Assembly (NCBI RefSeq): GCF_036365525.1
Contig: NW_027140807.1
Location: 1,922,001 to 1,986,000, forward strand
Origin: Heterodontus francisci
Taxonomy: Eukaryota
Direction of reading: 5' to 3'
Length of the DNA: 64,000 bases
Within the stretch, counting starts at the first letter, position 1, and every line of letters starts with the position of its first letter. The notes under the pieces are model-generated. The model worked only from the letters and a program-made list of their open reading frames with translations, was not told where the DNA came from and did no database searches. Shown here one piece after another: positions 49,442-61,719 of the stretch. The translations under genes and the position numbers were made by a program.

Positions 49442-50951
49442 GTGAGTGAATGCATTCCTAATACTGGAAAAGTTGATTCAATTTGGTAATTCACGTGGGA
49501 TGGTCGAGGGGGTGAAAATGTAGAACTTTGGTGAATTAATTTCAATTCTTCAGCTTACAAGGGGAGACCTACAACTGCCGAATTCGTTTCACTGTAGGGA
49601 AGGGGTTTGAGTGGATACATAAGGGAGGGTCGCTAAAAGAAACAGAACAAACAGCAATGTAGATACAAATAGAATGATTGCGCTTGTGAGAGCAAAACAA
49701 GAGGACACAGACAAAGAACGAAAAATGTCAGATTGCATCGTTCAGTATGCAGTTCTGGTCTGCATATTATAAAATAAATGATGTAGAGGCTCTGGATAAG
49801 GTAAAACAAAACAGATTAACAGCTGTGCTGCCCAAACTGGGACGTTGTAACTATTGGGGAAGGTCGGACAGACTGGAACTCCTTTCTCGAGAGCAGTGAA
49901 GTTTGAGGGGTGACCTGGTCGAGGTCTGCACGATTTTGAAAGCGGTTTCGATAGGGTAGACACACCGAAGTTTTTTCCACTTGTGGGGAGACCAGAACGG
50001 GGGGGATCATAAATGTCAGATAGTCAGTAATAAATTCAATAGGGAATTCAGGAGAAATTTCTTTACCCAGACAGTGGTGCGAATGTGGAACTCACAACCA
50101 CAAGGAGTGGGTTTAAAAAAGTAGATTGGATAAAAAAAAAATGGATTAAATGAAGGGGATGAGAGGAGTCTCAATGGAGTGCAAACACTGGAATGGAGCA
50201 GATGGGCTGAATGGCCTGTTTGTGTGTTGTAAATTCTATGTAATTCTATATATTCCCTCTTGGCCTCGAGCAGCAATGGATGAAACCATTTTGAGACACA
50301 CTATTTTCAAGTTACTAATCGAACTGGTGAGCTATCCATATCCAGTGGACAATGAGGTGTCAAGGGCCCCATGAGCTTTCCTCATTCACCAGGATAATAC
50401 CGGTATTAAAAGAGTTTAATTTATGACGATGTGTTGTTTAAAGTAGGGTTGCAGTAAATTGAGAATTGGAGATTCAGGGGTGATCCAATTGATGTGTTTA
50501 AGATAATGATAGGATCTGATATTTCCTCTGGTGTGACGGGTCCAGAACAAGAGAGCAAAACCTTACACTGATAGCTAGACCATTCAGGAATGATGTCAAG
50601 AAGGACTTGTTTACAAAATGCCCTGTGGAATCCAGAAATCTCTCCCACAGAAAGCTGAGGGAGTCAGTCGAAAATTTCAAATGTGTGGTTGATGATTTTT
50701 TGATCGGCAAAGATGCTAAAGGTTATGGAACCAAGAAGGCAGGTCGAAGGCGTTAAGGTACAATTGATTTATAATCTAATTAAATGTCGGAATAAGCACG
50801 AAGGGCTGAATGGTCTACTCCTGTTCCCCAGTTGCTATGTTCCTTTGGACAAAATTTCCTTATACTTGTAGGTTCTCCCTTATTATGAGGGGCTCCTTTG
50901 GAAAAGGACTCAAAGACAGGTGATGTTTTAATACATGAGTTTATCATTGTG

Positions 50952-51001
50952 CTCTGGTGAGATTTATTATTTCGGAGCTGGGACGAAACTCACTGTTTTA
51001 G
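50952..51001 (+). CDS. TRBJ: J1.4 SGEIYYFGAGTKLTVL
   Basis: TGTTTTAAT-12-CATTGTG; GTAAG donor. Confidence 0.93.
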
Positions 51002-51212
51002 GTAAGATTATGTTTGCACATGTAGATATTTATATATGTAAACATCTATTTTCATCTGTAAGTCTTTCTATTTCTTTATCTATCAATGGACCTATCTATT
51101 TGTTGGTCTGTGGATCCATCTGTCTGTCTGTTTGTCCATCTACTTATCTATTTGTCTGTCCATACATCTGTCTACCCATCGTTGTATTTTGGTATTGTTG
51201 TTTAGTTCAGTG

Positions 51213-51269
51213 CGGGCGGGTATACCAACCTGCTACATTTTGGGGACGGGTCCACGTTGACGATTTTGG
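51213..51269 (+). CDS. TRBJ: J1.5 GGYTNLLHFGDGSTLTIL
   Basis: TATTTTGGT-12-TTCAGTG; GTGAG donor. Confidence 0.85.
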
Positions 51270-51613
51270 GTGAGTTCAGTTTCTTTGTTTTCAATGAAGC
51301 AAGGGTCACCTGTAAACATCTTGCAAGAAGGATTGAATGAATAATTGTGAGGGACTTAGAGAAAATCTCCTATTGTCAGGACTGCCACGGTGGATAACTG
51401 ACGAACAGGTCCACATAGAGACGGGGCAGACAGTCTTGGGAATTCTGAGAGCTATAACTGCAAACTGCCTGGTTAGTCCACGAGTTTACATTAACTTACA
51501 GTTAGCTTGCGTTAACCAGAGGCCACTATCAAATATTAAGGAATGGGGCAGTGAATTTCTTTTCTTCCAGAAGAGAGTTGGGGAATGTTTTTGTGTTGTG
51601 AGGTGATGATGTG

Positions 51614-51672
51614 GGAGCAGGGAGTATTCAGCCTTGTGTATTTTGGAGATGGCTCTAAATTAACAGTCCTGG
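51614..51672 (+). CDS. TRBJ: J1.6 EQGVFSLVYFGDGSKLTVL
   Basis: TGTTTTTGT-12-TGATGTG; 1 nt longer than its paralogs; GTAAG donor. Confidence 0.87.
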
Positions 51673-52412
51673 GTAAGTGAGATGTTCGTCAAAATATGTC
51701 TCTTACTAGCATTGCAAACGTCGACTAGTTTAGTCTCTTCAATTTAAAGAAAGGAGAGAGAATGTGAAAACAGGCAAAAGAGTAAGCATTGCATTGAAGA
51801 AGCAAGAATTTAAATAGCTAAATGTAGGAGATTGGAGGAGGGCTGGTGAGAGAGGAATTTACAACCAGAGATCATGGCTGATCTGATGTTGGCCTCGATC
51901 CCTCTTTCCTACCTGTTCTCCATAATCCTTGGCTCTGCTCTCTATCTCAGTTTGAATGCATTCACGGACTCAGCCTCCACAGCGCTGTGGAGTAGGGAAT
52001 TCCAAAGATTCACGACTCCCTGATCGAAGAAATTCCTCCTCCACTCCGTCCTAAATGAGCGACCCCTCATTCTGAAACTGCGCCCTTTAATTCTACAGGG
52101 GAACATCCTCTCAGCATTTACCCTGTCAAGCGCCCTCTGAATCTTAGAATTTCCCAGACCATCATCCCCCATTCTTCTTCACTCCAGATGGAGAGCAAAC
52201 ATCAGACAAAACTGGAGGGAGATGGGAAATTAGATTTAAAACAGTGAAAAAGAGACAGAGACAAGGAGATCAATTGTAACAGAATATAAGATAAAGAGCA
52301 ATAGGGTGGAATAATGAATATAACACAAGGCAAAATGTTCCAACTATGTTCATTAACTATTGTGTATCGAGTTAAAGAAACGCGAGTTCTGATACAAAAG
52401 TGTAACATTGCG

Positions 52413-52464
52413 TCAGGCAACGATGGTTATACTTTTGGGGGTAATTCAAAACTCATGGTTTTAG
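52413..52464 (+). pseudogene. TRBJ: J1.7 SGNDGYTFGGNSKLMVL (probable pseudo-J)
   Basis: Heptamer CATTGCG lacks the invariant GTG; FGGN in place of FGxG; paralog of the intact J2.7. Confidence 0.8.
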
Positions 52465-54696
52465 GTAAGTGAGATAGAATCGAATTAGCTCTTTAAAGGA
52501 AAGTGGAATCAGAGGGATGTCTAGTTGAAATTTAAAATTATTCAAACCTAGTTGTGGATATGAGGACCTTATATATAAACATACACCTTGTATTTGTGTT
52601 CCGGCTTCATGCATTACTTCCGAGCCCCATATGGAATATTTCCTGAAACAAACTAGAGACGTATTGTGCATGTGGAAATCGACATGTGATAAGTACCTTG
52701 GATATCAGAGGTTGAATGGCCTAATCCAGTCCCTAATGTAGCTAAATCGGCGTAATGCGAGTTGATGATAGGAGTGAGGTACAGGGACAAATACGTGACA
52801 ATCAAGAAATTTAGAATAAAGAGTTGAGGAAGCTGGAAAGTACCTTCGTTAAAGAAGGATTGACGAGGAGTTGAGCAAGGGAGTTAAGCTGAACCTCGAT
52901 GAATCGCTGGTTAGGTCCCAGCTGGAGAATTGTGGGTGTCACATGTTAGGATGGATGTCAAGGCCTTAGAGTGGTTGCACGAATGATTTATTCGACTGGT
53001 TCCAGCGATGAGGGTCTTCAGTTGCATCTAGAGACTAGAGCAGAGAAAGTTTAGGGGGGATTTGACAGAGGTGTCCAAAGCAATGAAGGCTTTGGACACA
53101 GTACATGCTCAGAAACAATTTCCAATGCTCGAAGCGTTGGTAAACAAAGGGCACAGAGTTGAGGTAATTGACAAAATAAACAGGGGTGATATGAAGAATA
53201 AAACAATTATGCGGTGTGTTGTTATCTGGAATGCGCTGCCTGAAAGGGTGGTGCAAACAGACTCAATAGTAACTTTCAAAAGGGGGACTGGACAATTACT
53301 TGAAGGGGAAATTATTTCTACTGGTGGATGGGTCAATAAACAAAGGTCAGATATTTAAAATCATTGACAAAAGATCTACAAGGACAATTACTAGATTCCT
53401 TTTCACTCAGAGTTGTCAGAATTTGGGACACTCTAACTGAAGCAGAATGCTGACTCTATGTTTAAATAGAAGTTACAGGAACATAGGATCATCGGTACAC
53501 AGGAGCAGGAGTAGTCCATTCGGCCCCTCGAGTCTGTTCTGCCAATCAATGCGATCATGACTGATCAGTGACCTAACTCCATCTACCCCCATAGCCCCAT
53601 AATCCCTTAATAGCTATGGTTAACAAAAATCTATCAATTTGAGATTTAAAATTGACAATTGTTCCAGCAGAAGAGAGTTCTAAACTTCTACCATCCTTTA
53701 TGTGAAAAGATGTTTTCTAATTTCATGCCTGAAAAGTTCTGGCTCTAATTCTTAAACTCTGTCCCGGAGATCTAGACTGCACAACCAATGGAGATCGTTT
53801 CTCTCCATCTACATCATGCATTCCCCTTAATATCTTGAAAACTTTGCTCAAACCACCCTTTAACCTTCTCTTTTCCAAAGAATAGGAAATGTCGAATCTT
53901 TCCTTGCAATTTAACCCTTGGCGTCCAAGAATCAGTCTGTTTAATCTACACTACACTTCCCCCAAGACCAGCATATCCTTCCTAATGTCTGGTGCCCATA
54001 AATGCTCAGAGGAACTCCAGATGTGGTGTAACCAGGGCTCTGTATAGCTGAAACACGACTTCTACTTCATTCTACCTATTAACTATTTTGCTTTACTCGT
54101 AACTGCTTTCTGAAATAGCCACGCAGTTGTCAAGGGCAACTAGGGATGGGTAACAAATGCTGGCCTTGTCATCGACGCCCACATCCCATGAAGGAGTTTT
54201 TTAAAAGCGCCTCAACCTCCTCCAGCACCCTACAACCCTCCCTATCCCTGTAACCTCCTCCAGTCCCTTACAACCCTCTCTATGTCTGTAACCACCTCCA
54301 GTCCCGACAACCCTCCCTATGTCTATAACTTCCTCCATGCCCCTACATCCCTCCCTATCTCTGTAACCTCTTCCAGCCCCGACAACCCTTCCTATCTCTG
54401 TAACCTCCTCCAGCCTCTACAACTCTCCGAGATCTTTGTGATCCTGAAATTCTGGACTGTCCGATTTCCATCAATCCACCATTGAGAGCTGTGCACTTAA
54501 CCACTCAGCTCTGCACCTTTCTTTCCATCCACCTTGACGATACGAAGATACATGATCCTTTTGCATGTCGGATCCTACTCGAAGGGCTGAACGGTCAATT
54601 TATGCTCTCGTGCTGCTGTCAGCCAATATTCCTGTACTTGTCGGTTCTCCATTGTTGTGAAAGGCTCTCTTGGGATAGAACCACAGAGAGTTGAGA

Positions 54697-54755
54697 GGTT
54701 TTATTCAGGGATCTAGGTTTTGCTCTGCTGAATCGGAACTGGATCTAAGTTTTAG
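54697..54755 (+). pseudogene. TRBJ: J1.8 deleted relic (paralog of J1.4/J2.4)
   Basis: Flanks align to J2.4. The heptamer and coding region carry deletions (…TCGGAACTGGATCTAAG…TTTTAG|GT). Confidence 0.75.
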
Positions 54756-54914
54756 GTAATATCCCATCTACATAAATGTGCAAATATCCATTGTTCGATC
54801 GATCCACAATGTATCTGTGCATCCATCTATGTGTTTAGATATAGATACATTACTTGTTTGAGACTGTACCTGTCTACCCAACGCTGTGTTTTGGTACTGT
54901 TGTTTAGTATAGTG

Positions 54915-54971
54915 TAGGCGGGAACATCCAGACTCTACATTTTGGGGAAGGCTGGACTCTAACAGTTTTGG
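54915..54971 (+). CDS. TRBJ: J1.9 GGNIQTLHFGEGWTLTVL
   Basis: TGTTTTGGT-12-TATAGTG; GTGAG donor. Confidence 0.85.
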
Positions 54972-55492
54972 GTGAGTTACATGTTTATTCGATTAAGCCA
55001 GGATGGCTGGTTTCATATTGCCTGTGTCATGCAGATGTTCTGTCCATGGCTCTGTGCTCCTTTTCTCCAGCAGGAGAGATGAGAATGACAAGGGAAAAAG
55101 GTAGGTAAGGCGGTTTCCCGTTACTTTCGTCAGAACAAGACGATAACTGAACCCCTGCTGTTGACCTTGCTCTGAATCACACGTGAGCCATCTAGCTAAC
55201 CAAACTAATCGGTCCCCATCCTGCATGCACAACTTACTTAATAATTATGACGAACTCCAAGTAAAATTTTCCAGTATTGTCAGAGCTGTATCTGTGGACA
55301 TCTGACTAACTGGTCCATACATTGATGGAGAGCCAGTATTGGGAATGTTTCGAGTTTTAATTGCCAACTACCCCGGTTAGTTTATGAGTTTACTTTGGCC
55401 AATGACACTCAAAGGCCCATATCAAATATTAATGATAGGGACAATGCAAATTAGCAGGACGCTATTGATGAATGTTGTGACATGGTGATGTG

Positions 55493-55550
55493 GGAGCAGG
55501 AAGTAACCATCCATCATATTTTGTAGATGCCACGAAGTTAACGGTCCTGG
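55493..55550 (+). pseudogene. TRBJ: J1.10 GAGSNHPSYFVDATKLTVL (pseudo-J)
   Basis: FVDA in place of FGxG; nonamer deleted relative to J1.6/J2.6. Confidence 0.82.
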
Positions 55551-57142
55551 GTGAGTAGAATATTGGTCGAAGTATATCAGTGGGCTCAATCAGCACTGAA
55601 ACTGTTGGGCAGTTTGCTCCCTTCCGTTTGAAGAAAGGGGAGAGAACATGAAATTTGGAAAAATAAACAGTAAGCATTGCAGTAAAGAAGCAAAGGTTAA
55701 AACAATTAAACATAGAGGAAAGGCGAGGTGGAGAGTGGAAGAAAACTAGGGAGGCAACCATATGCAGAGAGGCACAGATTGGGAGCAAAATACAGACAAA
55801 AATGAACAGGAAAAGTCATTGTTAATTCGTGCTGGGATGCATTTATTGGCCACCCATAATTGCCTTCTGAGTGGTTTGTTAGGCCATGTTTTTATTCTTG
55901 TCATGGGATGTGGGCACCGATGGCAAGGCTAACATTTGTTGCCCATCCCTAATTGCCCTTGAACTGAGTGCTTTGCAATTTCAGAGGGCAGTTAACAGTC
56001 AACTGCATGCTGCAGGTATGGAGTCCCAGATAAGATGGTAGATGGGTTTTTATGACAATCGACGACAGTTTCATGGCACCCTGACAGATTTTTATGAATC
56101 AGCTGAATTTAAATCCCATCTGCGGCCATTTGAATTCACACAACCAGAACACTAGCCCGGGCTGCAGGATTACTAGCCCAGCAACATTATCATTTTGCTG
56201 GCGTCACGCCTGCGTTCAATGTGGTTTAGGTATTTCCACAGTGTTGTTAAGGAAAGAGTTCCTTTTTTGACCCATTTTCTCAGAGGGCGGATTATTCATT
56301 TTCAAACATTGCTCGAATCCCCCCAGAAATGTGTCATCAAGCCAGTGGTGATACTGAACATGAGCCTCCTCTCCCCCCCCACTACACCATCTAAACTTCT
56401 ATTCCTTTCTCCCTCATGTCAGGTGCATGGCGATGGGGGTTGGTGTGCAATGAGATCTGCAGGAATGATAACAGCACCGCGCACATCAACACGACACCTG
56501 GGAAACTTGCACTAGTTTGGCAGACATGGGTCTCTCTGAGTGATAAGATAAGAGATAGCAGTGTGAACGATTTACTGTCTAGAGTAAGTGGCTTCTGTTT
56601 GAGGTCCCGTGGCCGGTATGTCCTGAGGTCCTGCACGTTGTAGAAGAGAGAATGCAGATCATGAAGCGGGTAAGGGATGGGGGAGGGGGAAGGGGAGAAG
56701 GGGTGCAACAGAGAGATGGAATGGAGAGAGAGAAAGAAAGAGAGAAAGCAAGCAAGAAAAAAACCATGAAAGGAAGGAAGGGAGGAAGGATGGAAGGACG
56801 GAAAGAAAGGAAGGAAGGAAGTAGAGGAAAGGAAGGAGGCTTGAGTGGATGAATGGGCCTGTTACTGTGTAAGCAGCTCAAGAGGGGCTGAATGGGCCTC
56901 CTCTTCTTCCTGTGTAACAAGGTCTAGAGGGGCTGAATGGTCTCTTGCTGCACCTGTGTAGCAGGCTGTGAAGGGGCGGAATGGCCACCTCCTGTTCCTG
57001 CTAACAGTTTTGAGACGGAATGAACGGCCTATAATTCTGGTCCAAAGGACTAAAAAACTTTCAGCAGCTCAATCTCAACTGACTTCACCAAGTGAAGCCC
57101 TCGGGAGTCTTTTCAGAGGCAGGGCCTTGCAAAATTCGCGTT

Positions 57143-57222
57143 CTTTTTTGTATGAGTGTCTATCACCGTGGGGACAGGGGGGACACTGTGATAGAATCCA
57201 ATGCAGCCTCCGTACAAAAACC
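57143..57222 (+). CDS. TRBD: TCR beta D segment D2 (coding 57171-57183 GGGACAGGGGGGA) with 5' 12-RSS and 3' 23-RSS
   Basis: CTTTTTTGT-12-CACCGTG | D | CACTGTG-23-ACAAAAACC. The GGGACAGGGGG core is the vertebrate TRBD1 signature. Confidence 0.97.
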
Positions 57223-57704
57223 TCGCTCTACACACCTCGAGGAAGATCAGCAGAAGAGCAGTGGCAACAGAGTAAACGAATAAACATCTCCTCTGGATTA
57301 TGGCGGGAGCTGGGCCCTTTCAATCTTGTAGATGCCTCAGAATGGTCCAGCTTTATAACCTAGAGCATTCCTCTGGAAAAGAGAATAACTGTGTTATTTG
57401 TGTGAAAACTGGTTACTCTTCAACCCCTGAAACACCACCCCGGTGTCTTGGGACCAATATTGATCCCTCAACCAACATCACAATGATCTGCTCATTAATC
57501 TCACTGCTGTTTGATGGGACTTCCTTGGTACAATATCAGTTGCTCTGTCTCCCTGTGGTGACCACTTCCTAAACAAACTGCTTCATTGGCTGTAAGCTGC
57601 TTTGTGCCTCCTGATTGTCTTGACCAGTGCTTCCTAAACGCTGAGCAGCCCACTTGTAGCAAACCGTTTTCGACCGGGTTGATGTAACATGATTTGCTGA
57701 TGTG

Positions 57705-57755
57705 CCCAGACAGCACCACACAATTTCGGGACCGGCACCAAACTGACGGTGTTAG
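57705..57755 (+). CDS. TRBJ: J2.1 QTAPHNFGTGTKLTVL
   Basis: GGTTGATGT-12-TGATGTG; GTAAG donor. Confidence 0.9.
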
Positions 57756-58136
57756 GTAAGATAATGGGGTCTTTTGTTCTCTCTACCTTCATGTGTAGCT
57801 GTGTGCATTCACAGCTTACTGCACCCCCTCCCCCACCACCCCCCCCCCCCCCCCCAACCCCGGACAGTTTAACGAGTTAGTCAGTCGGTTAGATCTGTCT
57901 CATGACCGCAGAGAATTGCGCCTAATTTCCCTCCTGCCACAAGCGTCCGTATGTCACTTTGGCGCGGTATTTCTCTCCCCGGGACGACACTGGCCCTTCC
58001 TTCTGGTTCGCAAAGACCAGTCCAACGGGACACCCGCTTGGTGATGTGTTCCACGGTAAACCGCCCGGCACAGACCCGTTCAGCTGCAAGGGTAACAGTT
58101 CCCGGGCCAGTTCATGACTGGGTTTAGGCCACTGTG

Positions 58137-58184
58137 CAGGAAACATAGCTTACTTCGGCGACGGGACCAAGTTAACAGTTTTCG
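58137..58184 (+). CDS. TRBJ: J2.2 GNIAYFGDGTKLTVF
   Basis: AGTTCATGA-12-CACTGTG; GTAAG donor. Confidence 0.92.
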
Positions 58185-58774
58185 GTAAGGGACTCTGTTC
58201 TTCCTATCAGATCAACATCGAGGTCTATATGCGGTTAAAAAATCGCGGGGAGTAAGTTCAGATATTAGATGCAGAAAGGGGTTAAATCATGAGGACTGGT
58301 TACTCAGACTAAGCTGACAGTCCCTTGAACCTAGATCATTAAGGGTTGATATAATCGAGGTGCTTGAGGTGTTGGATAGAAAGAGAGAAACTGCTTCTTC
58401 AGGTTGGGGGAAATCCAGAACAATTTAAATTCGAGCCGTTCAGGGGTGAGATCAGGAACTCTCCCCGAACCCCCCACAACAAATAAAATACTGTTGAGGC
58501 TGGGGGTCAATTGATAAGTTCAAATCCAAGATTGTTTGATTTTTGTTAAACAGAAGTATTGAGGTTTACAGAAGCAAGGTGGGATGATGGAGTTAAGGTT
58601 CAGAACAACCCTGATCTAACTGAATGGTGGAACAGGTACGAAGGGCTGAATGGCCACCTCCTGTCCCCATGTTCCAACGACCTTTACAGGCCATTGACAC
58701 AGTCAGAACTTCAATGGAACAGACTTAACAATCTAGACTTGAGGGGGATTTTGCGACAGCCCCATACCATTGTG

Positions 58775-58824
58775 TAATGCTGGAGAAGCATATTTCGGAG
58801 ATGGGACCAAACTGGTGGTTTTAG
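58775..58824 (+). CDS. TRBJ: J2.3 NAGEAYFGDGTKLVVL
   Basis: GGATTTTGC-13-CATTGTG; GTGAG donor. Confidence 0.93.
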
Positions 58825-60364
58825 GTGAGTGAATGCATTCCTAATGCTGGAAAAGTTGATTCAATTTGGGAATTCACGTGGGGTGGTCGAGGGAGTGAAA
58901 ATATGGGAATTTGGTGAATTAATTTCGACTCTTGAGCTTACAAAGGGAGACCTACAACTGCTGAATTCATGTCACTGGATGGAAAGGGGTTTGAGTGGAA
59001 CATAAGGGAGGGTCTCTAAAATAAACAGTGCAAACGGCAATTGTAGCTGCAAATGAGAGCAGAACAAGAGGACACAGACACAGAACGAAAACTGTCAGAT
59101 TCAGTTCTTTAGTATGCCGTTCTGTTCTGCATATGATTAAAAAAGCAGAGGCACTGGATAGAGCAAAACAAAACATATTTACAAGTGAGCTCCCAAAACT
59201 GAGAGAATATAACTACAGATAAAGAATGAAGAGGCTGGTGCTGTTTTCTCTAGAAAAGAGAAGGCAGAGAGGATAACCTGATCGAGGTCTTTATGATTAT
59301 GACAGAGGCAAGATGATTCTACTTGTTGGGGAGACCAGAACCAGGGGACCATCAATATAAGACAGTCACTAATAAATCCAATATGGAATTCAGGAGAAGC
59401 CTTTTCAACCAGAGAGTGGCAAGAATGTGGAATTCACTACCACAGGGAGTGGGCTGAGGCAAATAGCAGAGATGTTTTTAAGAGGGAAGCTGGATAAACA
59501 TATGGGGGAGAAAGGAATAAAAGGACCTATTGATGGGGTGAGATGAAGAGGGTGTGAGAAGGATAATGTGGAGCATTTAATCGGCTAGGATGTAGTGGGC
59601 CGAATGGCCTGGTTCGGTGCTGAAGTGTCGATATGATTTGATGTATTCCCCATTAACCTGAAGCGTTTGAATGGATGAGAAATATCAAAAGGGATTTTTA
59701 AAATTTGTGAATGGAGACTGGGTGGAGAATGCACATTGAACGGCCTGGGGAACGTGAGCTGAAAGTCCAGGGCAGATTGCGAATGATCTTTCCTCATTTA
59801 CCAGAATCATGCCGGAATTAAATTGTGGGGGCAGGTTGCTTAGAGATGTTGAGCATTGGAGATTAAGGATTGATCCAACTGATGTGTTTAAGATAATGAG
59901 AGGATTCGATCGGGTAGATAGAGCTGCAATTTACACGGGTGTCAGAGCCCAGAACAAGGGTGAGGGTGGAGAGGAGCATTAGCTTAACATCAAAGCTTGG
60001 CCGTTCAGGGGTGATGCCAGAAAGGACATAACTGAACAAACGGTGGTGGAAATCTGGGCCTCTCTCCCCTATGAAACTGCTGAGGCCACAGGGTCAATTG
60101 TCACTTCCCAATCTGAGAATGATAGAGCCTTGTTAGGAAAAGGGTCTGGAACACAAACAGGCTAATGGGGTTACAATACAGATGATTCATGACCTCACTG
60201 AATGTCAGAACAAGCTCGACGGGCTGAATGGCCTACTCCAGCTACAGTATTTCTATGTTCCTTTGTGCCAATACTCCTGTAGGTTCTTTCTAGTTGTGAA
60301 AGGCTCCTTCAGGACAAGAATCAGAGAGAGGTGAGAGGTTTTGATGCAGGGATTTAGCTTTGTG

Positions 60365-60414
60365 CTCTTCTGATATTTACTACTTCGGAGCTGGTACCAA
60401 GTTAACTGTTTTAG
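60365..60414 (+). CDS. TRBJ: J2.4 SSDIYYFGAGTKLTVL
   Basis: GGTTTTGAT-12-CTTTGTG; GTACGT donor. Confidence 0.92.
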
Positions 60415-60569
60415 GTACGTTACCATCTATATAAACATCTATTGTTCCATCATCCACAATGTATCGGTCTGTGTATCCATCTTTATGTTTATCGATCTAC
60501 GTAGCTACTTTTCTGTCGGTGTATCGGTCTATCCAAAGGTGTGTTTTGGTAATGTTGTTCAGCATAGTG

Positions 60570-60626
60570 CAGGCGGGAGCGACCAGCCTTTACATTTTGG
60601 AGAACGTTCGGCTCTAACAGTATTGG
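60570..60626 (+). CDS. TRBJ: J2.5 GGSDQPLHFGERSALTVL (non-canonical FGER)
   Basis: TGTTTTGGT-12-CATAGTG; GTGAG donor; second Gly replaced by Arg. Confidence 0.8.
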
Positions 60627-61176
60627 GTGAGTTAGACCTTCATTCAATGAAGCCAGGGATGCTGGGTTCATCTTGTCTGTGCAGGCTGGTGGTCATCTGA
60701 TGTACTGGCTCTCTGCTCCTTTTCTCCAGCAGGAGAGAGGAGCATGAATGTGGAGCAGTGTCTATGAGGAGGCTTCCCCTTGCCTTCCCCAGACATGGTG
60801 AGAAATGAACCCGTTCTGTAAGCATTGTTCTAACTGGCACGTTAGCCAACTGAGCTATCTGGTCCCCAACTTGTGTGTAGAAGTTAATTAATAATTATGA
60901 ACAACTCCATGTAAAATCTTCCAGTATTATAAGCACTGTATCTGTGGACATCTAACATATTCACAGATGGATGGATAGACGGTACTGTGAATGTTGCTGG
61001 CTTTAATGGTCAGGCCCCCTCTCCCCCACCTCCCCACCCGGTTATTTTATGCGTGTACTTTGTTGTATGGTCAGCTCATGTTAGTCAAAGGGCAATATCA
61101 AATATTAATGAGATGGACACTGAAAACTGGCAGGGCGCTATTGAGGAATGTTTTCGTGTTGTCACATGATGATGTG

Positions 61177-61234
61177 GGTGCAGGAAATACCCAGCTATCA
61201 TATTTTGGAGACGGCACTAAGTTAACACTCCTGG
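61177..61234 (+). CDS. TRBJ: J2.6 GAGNTQLSYFGDGTKLTLL
   Basis: TGTTTTCGT-12-TGATGTG; GTGAG donor. Confidence 0.92.
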
Positions 61235-61667
61235 GTGAGTGAGATATTTGTTGAAACATATCAGTGGTCTCAGTAATTATTAAAACTGTCGGCCAGTTTG
61301 TCCCCATCAGTTTGAAGAAAGGGGAGAGACCATAAACTTTAGAAAAAAACAAAGAGTAACGAAGCAACAGTTAAAACAACTGAACATAGGGCAATGGCGA
61401 GGTGGAAATGGAGGAAGGTTAGGGAGGCAAACCTTATCTACAGAGAGACAGATTGGGAGCAAAATGCAGGGAAAAGGGGACGGAAAATTAGAGAGACAAA
61501 GATGGGAGAGGTCGAGACAAAGACAAAAGAAATAACAAAAAGAGGTAAAGAGGGAAAGGGCGGGGTAACAAATGCAACCCAATACAAAACGATGCAACTG
61601 CGCTTAATTAACCGGCGTGTAGAGAGTTAAAGATTCCCTAGCTTTGTTACAACTGTGTAACATTGTG

Positions 61668-61719
61668 TCAGGGAACAATGACTATACATTTGGCGATGGC
61701 ACAAACCTCGTGGTTTTAG
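61668..61719 (+). CDS. TRBJ: J2.7 SGNNDYTFGDGTNLVVL
   Basis: AGCTTTGTT-12-CATTGTG; GTAACT donor. Confidence 0.92.

Noticed and set aside
55551-57142. Expected constant-region exons between the J1 cluster and D2
   Set aside because: No C1-set motifs found; the sequence is explained by paralogy to 63330-63969 and 46476-47855.
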